DNA of 64,000 nucleotides from Iphione sp. A-MEVVRFRX5 (taxonomy: Eukaryota). Location of the stretch: assembly GCA_976226885.1 (NCBI GenBank), contig OZ320320.1:14694001-14758000 (forward strand). The letters are read 5' to 3'. Made by a program: the position numbers and the translations under genes. Each line of letters begins with the position of its first letter. The first letter of the stretch is position 1. This document shows positions 35,206 through 48,989 of the stretch, piece by piece. Below the pieces are notes generated by a model that did not search any database, was not told where the DNA came from, and saw only the letters and a program-made list of their open reading frames with translations.

Positions 35206-35859
35206 AACCTACAGGTTAACAACAGATGTGCTCTCAAAGTCGCCCTTGCCTCCTTGGAAAGACAAGTGGAGACAAGCCTGGGGCAAGCTTAAGCCGGAGG
35301 TCAACCCACAGAACTGACTGATTTACACATACACAGTCAACAAACCGAGGACTTTGGCTGATTCTACTTCACAACGCATGGGAGAAGTTGGCTGGAACCA
35401 AGAGTGACACTATAGGTGCGCTCTTGCAGAGAAAAGCACCACATCCACCTGTCTAAATTAACGAATGGATCAATGGTGGCGCCTACAGGTTCGACCCATT
35501 ATAGGCGGCCACCACCACCTGGCATCTAAGCCTGACAATAAAAAACCACCTTCCTCTCCTGCACCTGTTGCCTTATACCACTCGAACCCCCCGACCCCAT
35601 TCTCCACCCTTTCACCATCAGTCTAGTGGCCGAAAAAAAACGAGAACAACTCAGTCTCATGCGTTTACCATTCGGGACAATGGTGAAAATATAGAGCTCC
35701 ACTTTGTCTCCGGAAAGGTTTGTTGTTACTGGAGCAGTGGGAGCAGGTCTCTGGAGCTGATACCCTCTCCATTGTGTCTCCTGGGTCTATTAATATTGTG
35801 TTATTGTCCAGCGGTGAACAAAAAGCAAGGACCTGGCCGGTGTGCTATGGTAACCGAAA

Positions 35860-35995
35860 GCACAGTGACGTCACCAATCAAACGCGTACCCCACCACAGC
35901 AGGCGTCCCGTCATTAGTTGCGGGGGCGCCCGGCGGAGGGCGCTATTGAAACCGTCGCTGGGCGGCAGATGGCAGCACGGCGCTAGGGGCAAATA
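35860..35995. promoter_or_regulatory. GC-rich patch with CCAAT and CTCF-like motifs
   Basis: GACGTCACCAATC near 35868, GGCGGCAGATGGCAGCAC (35961-35978) and GGCGCTAGGGGC. Confidence 0.3.
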
Positions 35996-36835
35996 AAATT
36001 AATCGCTGCGTCAACACAGAGTGGGGGATTTATCTCTCGCTTTAAAAAAGGACAACATAGGCTGATGGAGGCAAACCAAAGCAAATGTTCATCATCTGTC
36101 ACATTTAACCTGTGGACTTATGGACCAATGGATATCCGATACATTGGTGGATGTGTATACTGTTAGAGTTTTTTTTCGTGGAGGTTATTTATCATTTTTC
36201 GAGTGAAGTATCCGGCCACATGTGGTGAACGTGGTGTAAACAAAGTGTTGTAAAAGCCAATTTACTAAGGGTCTCAAAGTATCGTATAACTCCATTGTGC
36301 TAAATTCATTGATTTGTAATCTAAATGAATTAATTTGTGAATAGATTTAAATCACTTTCACTGTGTGTGCCCAGTCCTCCAGCCACAGGAAGTAGAACTT
36401 ACGTGAGCCCACGTGCCCAATCACAAAGAGGTCACAGAAATATTCATGTATTAATGAAAATGAAAAAGACAAATTATCCTGTGTTTCCGATAAACCTCCA
36501 GCGTTACAGTTATATTTCTTACAAATCTGTAGCCCAACCGAAATATTTAAGCATCTCTTATGCATTTTCCTATATAGAACTACACATCAAGTGATTTTTA
36601 TTGAATGAGCCATCCAACGGAGGAATATTTAACATAATAATGTGTCTATAGCTCACTACATTGTCAGTCATCTTACTCCCTATTCGCAGTCATATTACGT
36701 CTACCTAGCTCATTTAGTCCTAACAAAACCAGACGATTGAACAGATATTTGATAGCTCCTGTTACGAAACACGAGAGTAGCCTCTCCGAACCATATGGAC
36801 CATATGACATTAACCACCTGAACGCCCCATACTAA

Positions 36836-37141
36836 GGCGTAAAAAGTATCTGTGTTTCCAGTAACATGCTGAAAACAAGGGGGCTGGTTGGTAGGTGGTA
36901 TTATTTTTATTTTCATTTTTTTCCCAGTGTCAATAGGTCCTGAAACTAACAAATGTCTATGGCAATGTCACTTATACTCCTTAGATTCTAATGAAACATA
37001 TATCAAATGAAAGGAACACTTTGACCTATAGTACATGTTTCTATTTTTATTTATTCAAAAGATATTAACAAAAAACTTCCACTGCTACCAAATACTAGGT
37101 TGGTCAGGTTACCGGAAACACAGATATTTTTTGTTTAGGCC
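36836..37141. mobile_element. MITE with TAA TSD (PIF/Harbinger- or Zator-type)
   Basis: TAA at 36833-36835 and 37142-37144. Imperfect TIRs of about 30 bp: GGCGTAAAAAGTATCTGTGTTTCCAGTAAC and GTTACCGGAAACACAGATATTTTTTGTTTAGGCC. Confidence 0.6.
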
Positions 37142-37610
37142 TAAGTATGACTAACTGAAACCAAGCCGCATAGAATCACCCCAAGAGGGCCCCCTCCCCT
37201 TATGTGCTTACTCTATTTGACGCCACTGCTCCGACAGCTAGGGAAGAGCAGAGTTACAGAGCGATATTGAGTTATAAAAGGGAACAGATAACAAGATATA
37301 AATTCGATTCCCTCTAAACAATAATTCAATTTCTTTTTATGTTGAAAACTAAATGATAATCTCCGAGCATATCTTTAATAAATTTTAGGTATTGATCAGG
37401 CATTGATTGAAAGTCCATGTGCAGAACAGTCTCTGGGGCCAATGTAATAGTGCGACTATGTAACCGATGTATGTAATTTGATGAATTATAGAAAAATTAA
37501 GATTTTTAACAGAGACAAGCACCTTTGGTGCCAATTCACATTATAAACTCGCTGATTAGCAGCATAAACCCACCAGAGAGAGAGAGAGACAGACAGACAG
37601 AGACAGAGAT

Positions 37611-37648
<38 letters not shown>

Positions 37649-38223
37649 GGGGGGTAGTGTAATAAATTCATTCGAGGTTTACAACCCTCGGTTCTGCTTG
37701 ACTGAACACAGAGGAGTGTAGGAATACATGTTGCCAAAGCAGTTTCTACAGCACTTCTGAAAAAGTAGTGCAAGATTTTTTCTGTTTTCTTTTACATTCT
37801 TTTTCTACCTAAAACCATGTGGCAGTTTCCATTATTCTAAAAATGATTAAGATAACAAATGACAGAAAAGAAAACATGATGTTTAAGAAGAGTCTCACAC
37901 CCATGAGACCTCCTCTCCATGGCCGTACTACTTTCAGGCAACGTTTTATATAGGGAGTGTAAACATGTAACAAGATCTGGTGTATCCAATGCACTCGAAG
38001 CTGCTCTTATCCTAGGTGTCCAGGCGCAGTCCTATGTTTGATGGTGGATGCCTTGCCCTTGCTCTCTCTTCCAGCTTAAGCACTTCATCATTCAGTCTAA
38101 ATACATTGCAGGTCCGTTACATGCCGTCGTCAGTCAAACAATATTGTTTCATATGACAGCAGCAATAATGAGAGGCAGGGAAACCAGGTTCTCGCCGAAG
38201 TCAGGTCCAGTACAATCATATAA

Positions 38224-41025
38224 CAGGACAAGATTCCTGCAATTGAATTCTATGTTAGCAACAATAACATTGACATTCTGGCTATACAGGAAACCTGGCT
38301 CAATTGTCAATACCCAAATAATATCTTACAAATAAAAGGATATTCCTTCTTCAGGCATGATAGAAGTATTGAGAACAAGAATGGCAACACAACCAAAGGA
38401 GGGGGTGGGTTAGCTATTTATGTAAAAGAGCTATACAACATCAACCTGGAAAAATATCAACACCTGAACATCTCAGATGAAAACATTGAGATTCAGTGTC
38501 TTGAGATTAAACCAGGCAACTGGAAAACTTCAATTGTAATCAATGTGTATAGACCTCCCAGTGGAGCAACGAATATATTCCTAAGCAAAATCACTGACAT
38601 CTTGTCCAAACTAAACCATAACAGGGACATTATACTGCTAGGGGATATTAACATTGATTTACTAAAGAAAGATAGGTTATCAGAGAGAATGACGTCGCTG
38701 TTGATGAACTTTGGACTTAAGAATCACATTAATAGTCCCACAAGAACCACGGATAAAACATCTACTCTCATAGATATTATAGCGACAAATTGCCAACATA
38801 TATCGGGTAGTGGAACCTCAGCCTGGAACATATCAGACCACTGCACCACCTGGATAATAAAAAAGTTTAAAAAATCTAACAAATTAATAGCATCGAAAAA
38901 GATCACAATAACGAAGATTGCAGATGTCAATGATGAGGAAATAAAGGGTGAACTTGATAGCAAAAACTGGTATGGTCTATACAACAGCAACAATGCTGAT
39001 GAATGCTGGGCTGAATACCATAAGAATCTTTGCTCAGTAGCTGAAAAATATACAACCACACAAACAATTACTGTCAAGAAGGAAAAACAACCCTGGATCA
39101 CAAAATCACTCCTATGCTTTATTAGACTAAAAAACTACTATATAAGACAAAACAAAATACGAGATTGCCAGGATACACAAAATATATATATCTACCTACG
39201 AAACTCAGTATCCTATACTATCAAAAGAGCCAAAGGTTTTTATCTACGAAGACAACTCAGCAATACTAAGAAACAGCCTAAACGTTTCTGGAATACGCTG
39301 AATAATGTACTTGGGAGAGCCAAAAAGAGTAGTGAAGATATCAAGCTTATAGCAGATGATAGGTGCTACGATGGGGCAGCAGTATCTGACATACTAAATG
39401 AGCACTTCACTGGAATTGCAAGAAAAAAACTAAATGAAGCAGGAATTGACACATCAGTAAATAATTTGGATACACCTGATAACTCAGATATTCCTGAATT
39501 CCGTCTTACACCTAGCACAATGAGTGAAATAGTGGAAGTAGTCAGAGCAATCAATACAAACAAAGCCTCCAATATACCAGGTTTACCTATTAAATTGCTG
39601 AAGACGCTGCTCAGGTTGAGTCTCAATCAATTGAGACATGTAATCAACCTAAGCCTTGAAAAGAATTCCTTTCCAACAGAATGGAAAGAAGCGATAGTTA
39701 AGCCATTACACAAGGGAGGTAACAAAATGTCGGCAAACAACTATAGGCCAATTTCTCTTCTCCCATTAATGTCAAAGCTAATCGAACGTATAGTGTTCAA
39801 CCAACTATACTCTCACCTTGAGAAACACTCACTACTAAACCAATTTCAATTTGGTTTCAGAAAAGGGAGAAACACACAGAATGCTATCCACAGAGTATTA
39901 AACGATCTGTATTACAGCTACAACAGTAATCAGTATAGCTCAGTCTTATTTGTAGATCTGTGCAAAGCATTCGACACTGTGAACATTGATCTATTGATCT
40001 ACAAGCTAGAAAAATACTTTAGGTTCTCTGTAAACACCATCAAATGGTTTAGGTCATTCCTACTACAGCGGAAACAGTGTTGTCATGTCAATGGACACCA
40101 GTCAAACTATGCAAACACAACCTTTGGAGTACCTCAAGGGTCAACCTTAGGCCCCTTGCTCTTCTCAATGTATATTAACGACCTACCACTGAACATAGAA
40201 TGTAACGCAACATTATTCGCAGATGATACAATCCTGATATGCAGTGATACACGCCTAGAGAAGGTGCACAACAGGATGACCAACTGTAGCACTCAACTTG
40301 AGAATTGGTGTAAGAAAAATCAACTGATAGTCAATACCTCAAAAACAAAGTGTATGTTAATCTCTCCATCCAAGAAAGACATTGATACCGATACCATTAA
40401 GTTAAAAATTAATGGTGGGGAGGTTGAATATGTACACGAATATAGGTATCTAGGCATAGTCATTGATGATGAGCTATCTCTAAGAAAGCATACTGAATAT
40501 CTTGTAAAGAAACTCCTAGTACAGTGCTATTCTCTATCGAAAGTCAGGTACCAGCTCACAGAATATGCCTTCATTACTGTCTACAAAACATTGATGCTAC
40601 CCTTGATCGACTACTGTCTGGCATTTACTACGTGCATACCTTCCTCTATGGTAACTAGATTACAAAGACTGCAAAACAGGACCCTACATCTGGCTTATCA
40701 AACAAACCACAAGAATGCAAATCTAGACACTGATAGTTTACACCACTACTATAACATCATGAAAATTACTGTGAGAAGAAAAGTAGCAATCGTTGACCTA
40801 ATGTACAAATCGATCCCCCTGAACATTGCAAAAAGAAGGACAACTTGTAATAACCTCAGAATAGAAGATGGCCCTGCTTTCTACCAACCGATCCCAAAAA
40901 CAACCAAGATAAGAAACTCGATAATATTCCAAGGACCGACTGTCTGGAATAATCTTGATCCACTAATCAGAAATATCAATGATAGAAATCAATTACTCTC
41001 TGTGTGCAAATCAATTATGACATAA
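38224..41025 (+). CDS. LINE ORF2: AP endonuclease plus reverse transcriptase (open frame of about 933 codons)
   Basis: The frame is open from 38224, upstream of the tracked start. APE motifs DILAIQETWL, RHDR, GGGLAIYV, VYRPP, LGDINID, STLIDII, SDH. RT motifs NYRPISLL, QFGFR, DLCKAFDTV, GVPQGSTLGPLLF, FADD, YLG. Confidence 0.9.
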   Translation, partial: QDKIPAIEFYVSNNNIDILAIQETWLNCQYPNNILQIKGYSFFRHDRSIENKNGNTTKGGGGLAIYVKELYNINLEKYQHLNISDENIEIQCLEIKPGNWKTSIVINVYRPPSGATNIFLSKITDILSKLNHNRDIILLGDINIDLLKKDRLSERMTSLLMNFGLKNHINSPTRTTDKTSTLIDIIATNCQHISGSGTSAWNISDHCTTWIIKKFKKSNKLIASKKITITKIADVNDEEIKGELDSKNWYGLYNSNNADECWAEYHKNLCSVAEKYTTTQTITVKKEKQPWITKSLLCFIRLKNYYIRQNKIRDCQDTQNIYIYLRNSVSYTIKRAKGFYLRRQLSNTKKQPKRFWNTLNNVLGRAKKSSEDIKLIADDRCYDGAAVSDILNEHFTGIARKKLNEAGIDTSVNNLDTPDNSDIPEFRLTPSTMSEIVEVVRAINTNKASNIPGLPIKLLKTLLRLSLNQLRHVINLSLEKNSFPTEWKEAIVKPLHKGGNKMSANNYRPISLLPLMSKLIERIVFNQLYSHLEKHSLLNQFQFGFRKGRNTQNAIHRVLNDLYYSYNSNQYSSVLFVDLCKAFDTVNIDLLIYKLEKYFRFSVNTIKWFRSFLLQRKQCCHVNGHQSNYANTTFGVPQGSTLGPLLFSMYINDLPLNIECNATLFADDTILICSDTRLEKVHNRMTNCSTQLENWCKKNQLIVNTSKTKCMLISPSKKDIDTDTIKLKINGGEVEYVHEYRYLGIVIDDELSLRKHTEYLVKKLLVQCYSLSKVRYQLTEYAFITVYKTLMLPLIDYCLAFTTCIPSSMVTRLQRLQNRTLHLAYQTNHKNANLDTDSLHHYYNIMKITVRRKVAIVDLMYKSIPLNIAKRRTTCNNLRIEDGPAFYQPIPKTTKIRNSIIFQGPTVWNNLDPLIRNINDRNQLLSVCKSIMT

Positions 41026-41216
41026 AAACCTTCATCACTAACATTCCTCTTCTATCATCTGTAAATCTATCATATTTGTACCCATTCCATCATCACCTTA
41101 CCCATACGGCTAATCATCAGTGTGGGTATTGTAAAATTTCCTTACTGTGAAAACTGCTGCTTCGTAGCAACCAGAGGGAAATAAAATAATTTTCAATTTT
41201 TCAATTCAATTTCAAT
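38224..41216 (+). mobile_element. CR1/L2-type LINE, 5'-truncated, with near-complete ORF2
   Basis: ORF2, a short 3' UTR, AATAAA at 41180 and a (TTCAA)n-like tail at 41191-41216. No ORF1 seen. Confidence 0.9.
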
Positions 41217-42789
41217 GATGATGGACAGAATGAACATTAAACGTGAGTTGGGAACAAGAGGAGACAATCTGAGATGCCCAAAACTCGTGCCCAATACCGG
41301 CATGCCCTGCTGTGAAGGTCCCCTGTAAACAAGAATACGGCCCGGTTTCCTTACCTGCGTGGGGGGGGGGGGTGTGGGAGTGTATGGGTGCCGTAGTCTT
41401 CTAGGAAACTGCATGACTGTTTTCCCAAAGCCTCACGCAGACTCCAACTCGTCAAAGACTGACTCCCCTCGGTAATATGAAACGTGGTTTCCCACAGCGC
41501 CTCACTTCAATCTATAAAGCAACATACATTTTGTGGCTTCGCCGAGTGCATTGACAAATGAAATCCATTTTGCCTTCTTCACTCTCTAAGATACGAGCAG
41601 TGGACCAAGGATAGTGATCAACTGATAAATTTTTTTTGGTTTAAAATTCTTCTTAGTGGCACTGTCATTGCCAGAAACATCGGATGTTCTCTTCGAGATG
41701 GCTAAGCCTCTGTTTACTTTAATTAGTCAATAGTTAGGGTTTGTCAAAAGGTACACATTCCGATCTTGTCCCATGAAGATTTTTATGTCATAAATCTGTA
41801 TGCATAATGGAAATGTAGATTTTCATGACTTCTTTTCATAGTACAAGCACAAGTGATACATCAAAATGTTGCTTATGGTTTGGAGAATGTATTTAGATCA
41901 TTCTGAATCCTTTTGTCTCAAATATATGATTCTGCCATCGCTATTTGTCCAATGTCATCAAAAGCAATGACAATGTTATTGATTTTGAGCCTAAGATTTC
42001 TAACCAACACTTTTACTGATATCCAATACATATAAACTCAGTAAGTACGTCAGCGTTTTATGCGTCCGTATATAACAGATAGGATCAGGTTTTAACATCC
42101 TAAGGTTATCCATTTGTCTCATACAAGTGTTGCCTCCTCATAAAAATTGATAAAGAAATGTCGGTTTGGGTGAATGGCGCTATGTCCATTTCATAGAAGT
42201 ACATGTATACAAATATTATTACGGCTTACGGAGAAGAAAGATAGAGAACAACCAGAAGCAGGGAGAGAAGAGGGAGCAACAGATATGGACGAGAACAGCG
42301 ACAGGTTCTCGCCACTGCTGTAAGGCATGAGTGAAGCAAAGATGAAAAGGAAAGCCCGAGGAAGCCACACTGACAAATGAGGCGACGGGCAGTACTGGTC
42401 TGAGAAGCCGACGAGCAAGCAGCCCACCCGTTCTATGCATTTTTTTCGGTAGCGTATACTAACACTGGCTGTTCCATGTGCGGTAATGAATGGGGGATCG
42501 TGGGAAGTGCTGCACTGCAGTAGTACTCCAGTCCCCATTCATACGACTTCCTTTGATGTGTCAGCCAGAAAACCTGGGGAAATATTTCCCGCGGAGTCCA
42601 CATGTATTCGTCCAGCATACCCGGGGGGGGGGGGGGAGCAGGGCAGGGACTGGGAGCTCTAGGGCGCAGTTTGGCGCTTGCACGTGGTATGAATGCTATC
42701 TACCAGTCACGGTTACAGAGTTTGATGTGAGGAGGTTTGAACCGGGGAGAGGGTTGGCGGGGGTGGAGAGGGTAGAAGAGCGATGGATA

Positions 42790-43130
42790 CATAACTCACA
42801 CCATAACTTCATAACCACCTCATTCCATAACTCCATAACAAACTCACTGAATAACTCTACAATATCCTCATCCCATAGCTTCATAATCAACTCAACACAG
42901 AACTCTACAACTGCTTCATTCCATAACTCCATTACCCTCTGCCGACATACCTCCACAACTAACTGACCACATAACTCCATAACAAACTCAACACATAACT
43001 CAACAACCACCCCATCCAACAACTCCTAAACAACTGAACACATAACTCTATAACCACCTCATTCCATGACGCCATTACTAACGGCCCACATGCCTATATT
43101 ACCAACTGACCACATAACTCCATAAACTGC
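42790..43130. repeat. Degenerate CATAACTC-based tandem repeat
   Basis: Recurrent CATAACTCCATAAC units. Confidence 0.75.
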
Positions 43131-46100
43131 TCACACCACTGCCAATTCGGGCCATTGCTGATTGGCCCCTCTGTCAATGGACCGATCACGGTTTTACATC
43201 ATTACGACGTAAAATCATCGTGTTTACCTTCGCAGTAAAATTTACATCATTTACATTGGGAGTTCATGGGAAAATTTCACAGGGCTGGAACTTCTCTGTA
43301 AAATACGGTAGAAAGACAAACTATAGCTCATATTCTTCCATAAAAGCTTTTATTTGGTAGACGTCACATTAAAATCAGACTACTAAAAGTCATATGGGCT
43401 TAGAAATATACCTCCTTTCTTCTTCTTTGTACAGGTAGCACGGCATGCTATCGTAGTCTGTTCTGTGGCTGTCATAGGCATGCTACCAGTTGCACTGATT
43501 GTTTCACTTAATTTTGCATCGTAATTACATAAAAAGGCGAACGGCCCGTTAATAGCTACCATTGGCGAAAAATTCAATTGATAAGTGAACCTGACGCTTA
43601 TTTTAAGAAGAAGCCTTTTTAGAGGACTGTTAGCATATCACTATGTTCATCTCACAATTGTAAGGATCTAAAGAATAGACTGGAAAGCGTTTATGCCAAA
43701 TAAACAAGTTTAGGAAGTACATATTGAGTTAATGGAACTACCCCTCCCTGCCAACATCCCCCTGCTTATTAATCACGCATGGATGGATCAGAGTCAGGCC
43801 TGCTGGTGTGGTGTATCATTGCCTTCATCCATATGGCCTATAGATAGACCATAGCTGGTCCCACAAGTTAGTAACATAACACTGAATGTGGCTTAGGGTC
43901 AGTCTGTACCAAACATCCCTGGGTTTATCCCCTGTCAGTTGCCCTAAAGTGCTATTAGCTCTACTGTGTCACAGTCTATCTATAAAATATTTGTAAAAGA
44001 TTTTTTATGTCAAAACGTAGTCTCAATTATATTGCACACAGAATCATACCACGTAGGATTCGCCTTTTTTCTGAGGATTTTTATGTATGAATATTTCTCA
44101 TAGACCATTACGTAGACTGCACAATAATTCAAACATTTAAACTTATAATCAGTATATGAAGAAGAATCACGGATGATACCTATTCGAAAAGGGTTCATAA
44201 TATTTTCGAAAAACATGTGCAAGGTAGCTATATATAACAGTTATATAGTGTAACGTAGTATGTTCGTGTATATTATGTTATTCCTATAATTCTGTTGAAC
44301 ATGGGAAATATTTAAATGTATCACTTATTCATTTTATTTTCTCCTTTTCGTCAGCTGTATGGAAGGGGTCCCTGGATGGCCGGGGATTTGTAACATTTGG
44401 ATCAAGAAAACTATTCAATTACATGTACGTGTATAACCTTTGAAATTAATCCTCAGTCCACCGATGATGCATCCATATGACCTGTTTGAATAATGCCAAG
44501 TGTAACATGATAAGGGAAGGCTCTCAAATTGTTTTTTTTATTTGACTCTCGTAATGGTCTCTCTCTATGCGATGAGTAGTGAAATAAATATTCCCTTTAG
44601 AGGACTCCCCCAAGTTGTACAGTACTTTGGTGTCATGTAGAGTTGTCTTTCTTTCATCTGAATAATAGTTACGTCCACCATTCAGGTCAATTAGTAGTTA
44701 TGTTCTAAGAGCATCGCCGAAGCTTGTAGCTGTTGGGCAGTATTCGTCCATTGATAATGTGAGGATACGGGGACACCCAAGCACTTGACCCGTCCATTTG
44801 CAACGTCACAATAGACGGCGGAGGACCAGGCGCATGCGTGCCACAACCATATCCGGTAACCACTCTGCTCTCGTTTTTCGTTGGAAAGGGCTGGTCTAAC
44901 AATGCTTTAGCCAAGCAAGGGTATCCGTTGCGCGGAAAGAACAGATGACAAAAGCTTTCATGATGTCTACTGATCGTAAACAACGCGTATGTCTCACCAT
45001 TACAAGGCTCTGACGAGCACCGAAGCCCCTGAATGGGACATGAAGAAAGCATCCAGTTAATTGCATGGGGTCACCTCGGGGTCATTCATAGGAAAAGCTG
45101 AGTTATATCCCCTTTAGAATAATGTCAGAGGCCTGATGTGCGGCTATAGAGTGACCTTAGGTTCCTCCTCTTACATGTTAAATACCCCATAGCTGTTCAT
45201 ATATATGTTTACTTCGTAAGTTGTATGGTAGTAGAAAAAAGCTCCAATCAATTTGGCCGGCCGAGTATAAACGATGTTTCTTCACGAAACTTCTGCCGCT
45301 GAGGAAATGTAATGACCAGTATGCCGATTTGCCAGCTGTTCCTTTCCAGTGGCATTCTCCTATGATACGTCGTTCAGTGTTAATTCGCCAGTTTTAGTTG
45401 GAACTGAAAGGTGTCATGTTTAGATGGTTTATGGTTAGTAAATAACACATTATTTGCGTTTGAGGTGTCAAAGGGACCTTTTTTTAGCCTTCCATTTAGG
45501 GTGTCACTTTAGTGTTTTCAGGTGTAGTGTAAAGATCGATGAGAGATCTGGTACACATGTTTATCATGGTTTTCTTCTGTGGCGCTACTTTTCTAAGGTT
45601 TATTCCACCATGATGAATGGTGCAACTAATAGGCTATTAGGCCATTATCTGCTATTAGGACACTAACAAGGGTTTTATTGGTGCGAGCGATCAAAGGCTC
45701 TTGAAGAAGGATCGTGTCCAAGCTTCGCATGGACGGATCAATTAGAGGGATGTGGACGTTCAGGCTTGAACTCCAAAGTTTTCGTGACTTTGTTCCCATG
45801 AAGATGTCGTAAATCCACCTTATGCACATCATAAGTGGTTCCTGGCATGTGAGGAAGAAGTTGTTCCTTATGATCTCTCATGTATGGCATGGCCAGGTGT
45901 TACCATTCCCATATACGGGGAGCATCTCAGAACGAATACCACCGATGAGACCAGACAAGACTGCTCTAAAGTACGAGTTCCCCTCCTAACTGAGTTGTTA
46001 TCTTATTAAAAATGTACTATTGAGACAAGCCAAAGTTGCCCTTAATCCCAAAATGCCCTCCTGGTAGAAGTATCCAAGAGGTACGTTGCTACTGTATTCA

Positions 46101-46359
46101 TATTCTACCACAGTCGAGATCCTACCGGTGAAGGCAAACCAGGCTTGGTGCTCGTCTATTCTCTAGTTGTTGAGCATGGTTTTGTCTGAGCATCTGGTTC
46201 CCTCCTCGCTATATTACTTTCAATTGTATGGCCGTGTTCCATGCGGTACTGCAGACCTAATCAGCGTCACATTGGATTAGATCCGCCCGTGGTGGTGGTG
46301 GTGGTGATTTGTTGCGTCCCCCAACCGTGCCTGGTTGCTGTACAGAGCTGCTTGTAACA

Positions 46360-46590
46360 GTTGCTTCCCGCCTGCGTGCCTCGGTGAACATGTTGTTTCC
46401 CGCCTGTGTGCCTGGTTGAACATGTTGTTTCCCGCCCGTGTGCCTGGGTGAACAGGTTGTTTTCCACCTATGTGCCTGGATGAACATGATGTTTCCCAGC
46501 TGCATGCCTGGTTGAACATGTTCTTTCCCGCCTGTGTGCCTCGGTGGACATATGACTTCCGGCCTGCGTGCCTGGGTGGACGTGTTTTCA
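46360..46590. repeat. About 32-bp minisatellite (TGAACATGTTGTTTCCCGCCTGTGTGCCTGG)
   Basis: About 7 diverged tandem units. Confidence 0.8.
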
Positions 46591-48831
46591 ACATGTTCGG
46601 AGGAGTCGGTAATCCAGCACATCATGACGTCGGTGTTACGTTCCTTTCTCTACAGGTGAAGGCGCGGACTGAATTTGATGCGTTCATCAACCATGCTCTA
46701 GTCATTGCAGTTGGAGCATCATAGGTAATCATCAGAAATGTCTTCGAATTGTTCAGACATTCACCGTGTTCTGGAGTGTTATAGGTGATCATGAAATGTG
46801 TTAATCATCTTCATACTGTGACCCAATTTTAGGCCAGACTTTTGGATCTCGAATTGTCGGATAAGTCTTCGGGTACGGAGAAGATAAGGTTCATGGCATT
46901 TCAAGCAGCGGTTGCAGGGCATGTTTATGACTAACATAGCATTGGACAAGCTGAGTATGGTAATGATTCAAGTAATAAAGAGATCCAGGCAGGTAGATCT
47001 GGTTCACTCCCAGCACACAACGTATAGGTGTCTGTTCATTCAACATTCCAATCCCTGCCGTATATACATCTGATGCCCCAACTGCTTTCCTGACAGTGTC
47101 AATATTTTAACATTTGGCAACATTGCAAATAAGGAGCTGGCCTGGGAACTCTTACCAGAACACTGGACTACCAGACCTCTTAATTGGGGAGTACAAGAGT
47201 GCTAGAGCAAGTCTTACAGGGTTGAACAAATCACATCTTACAAGGTAAGGTGTGATGTTTTCAACACTGTATAATGTGTAGTCAGCTGATGAGCTATGGA
47301 TGCAAGCCAGAAGGGTAGAGAACTTGCAATAACCAACTCCAACATGGAGAAATCTGGTTCACTCCACTGCAGACCTCTGATGGATGTAACTCTCTCCAAA
47401 TACAAAGCGAGAATGTCTGTTTATTCATAAAGTTTTGCCTTTTATATACAGTCTGAGCCCTTATGGCTTGCACAATACCTCGATGTCACAATAGGTACAG
47501 CATAATTAATTACTTCAATCACTCCAGCAATCTGACATCCTTTCTATCAGGCAAAGCATATGTCGGATTACCAAGTGTTGGACAAATAGATTGGACAGTG
47601 GTGTCAGATTTCTGGTCCTACACTAAGCATCTGCCACAACTGTAAGGACCATGTATAGGACATATAACAATCTTGCCACACACTTGAGGATGTTATTTTC
47701 CTTAATATATTGTATTCCTTTTTTCGGTCAAGCAATGTTATCTTGTGGGGCTTCTTAAAATCTTAAGATAAAACCTATCCTAAGGAGGGTTTAGATTTAA
47801 AAAGGGTCATATGCCTTTATACATTTCATTATTTCCTTTTGACACTTAATACCACCAACCACATATACCAAAAACTTAGATATATTACTTTCCAATATTG
47901 CTTATCATAAAATATTCCGTATCGAAGGAAAATACTTTGTGAACACCATTTCCAATACAATAAAGGCTGGTCCTGCACGTTCCTTCTGGGGTTAAAGAAG
48001 TATTATTTTAATTCAAAATCTGTTGTTCTATGTGTATTGGGTGTATCTTTAGGTTTGGAGGAATATTGATGTGACCTCCTTTAAATTTTTAAATCTTCCA
48101 TGTAACTCTGTGTCTCGGTGTCTATACCACCTCCCATTACCACCCAAAGGTCAGCAACGGCTCGCACACCACGCATGCGCAGTTCTATTACATGTCCAAT
48201 TGGGCCCTTTTGGATTCATTGGTTACGGCGGATGCCCTGGTATACTTCACACAGAGAGACAGGCATCTATCTTCGAGGGACAAATATACGTGTAGACGTC
48301 AGAATTCCCAGAATCATACATGTAATATTGGGATGCACTGAAAAACTAATTCAAAATACGCCCATGGAAGAATCAATTAATTTCCGCCCGTTATGCCACG
48401 CGATGTTATATTTCGTCGTGTCATCAAACAACACACGTGACATAGAACATCCGACGTAGTAACCTGTACGGTATGGAACTACGTACGCTCACTAACACAC
48501 ACCGGGGTAAACCCACATACAAGAACACAAACATACCCCCCCCCGAACACAATAATCCACCACTAAACACACACACACACAGATGCGTGCCCACAGACAA
48601 ATGAACCAGTGGGGCTGGGTAAACTGGTACAACAATGACTGACGTATCGCTTCCCCCCATGCCTCTCAACAAAGAACACTTAGTATAAACCATATTCACA
48701 ATAGTAACCACCAATCAAAGATCGGACGTAGACATCCATTCCTCCTCTCCTACGTAACCACCGAAACACACACCCTGTAAAGCATCGAGAGGCGATATAA
48801 TGTCAGAACAAAGGCCAGGGCGCAACGCTAC

Positions 48832-48878
<47 letters not shown>

Positions 48879-48937
48879 GTTGGACGGGAGCCGATAGAGA
48901 CAGTTAGTCCTACACGGAGCGGGGATAAATAGGGCCT

Positions 48938-48989
48938 CGCCACCAGATGGCGCGGGCGTCACTGTGCGTGGAGGCCGCTAGAGGTCGCC
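48938..48989 (+). promoter_or_regulatory. Tandem pair of CTCF-like motifs
   Basis: CGCCACCAGATGGCGC (48938-48953) and GGCCGCTAGAGGTCGCC (48973-48989), in the same orientation. Confidence 0.4.

Noticed and set aside
35220-35540. Possible Penelope or other retroelement fragment ending in AATAAA
   Set aside because: No frame gave a convincing RT or GIY-YIG motif.
41520-42200. AT-rich minus-strand region resembling a GIY-YIG endonuclease remnant
   Set aside because: Only weak partial word matches were found, interrupted by stops in all frames.
47000-47250. Exon-like stretch ending in AAG|GTAAG
   Set aside because: The long frame contains stops, no acceptor was identified, and the product is unrecognisable.
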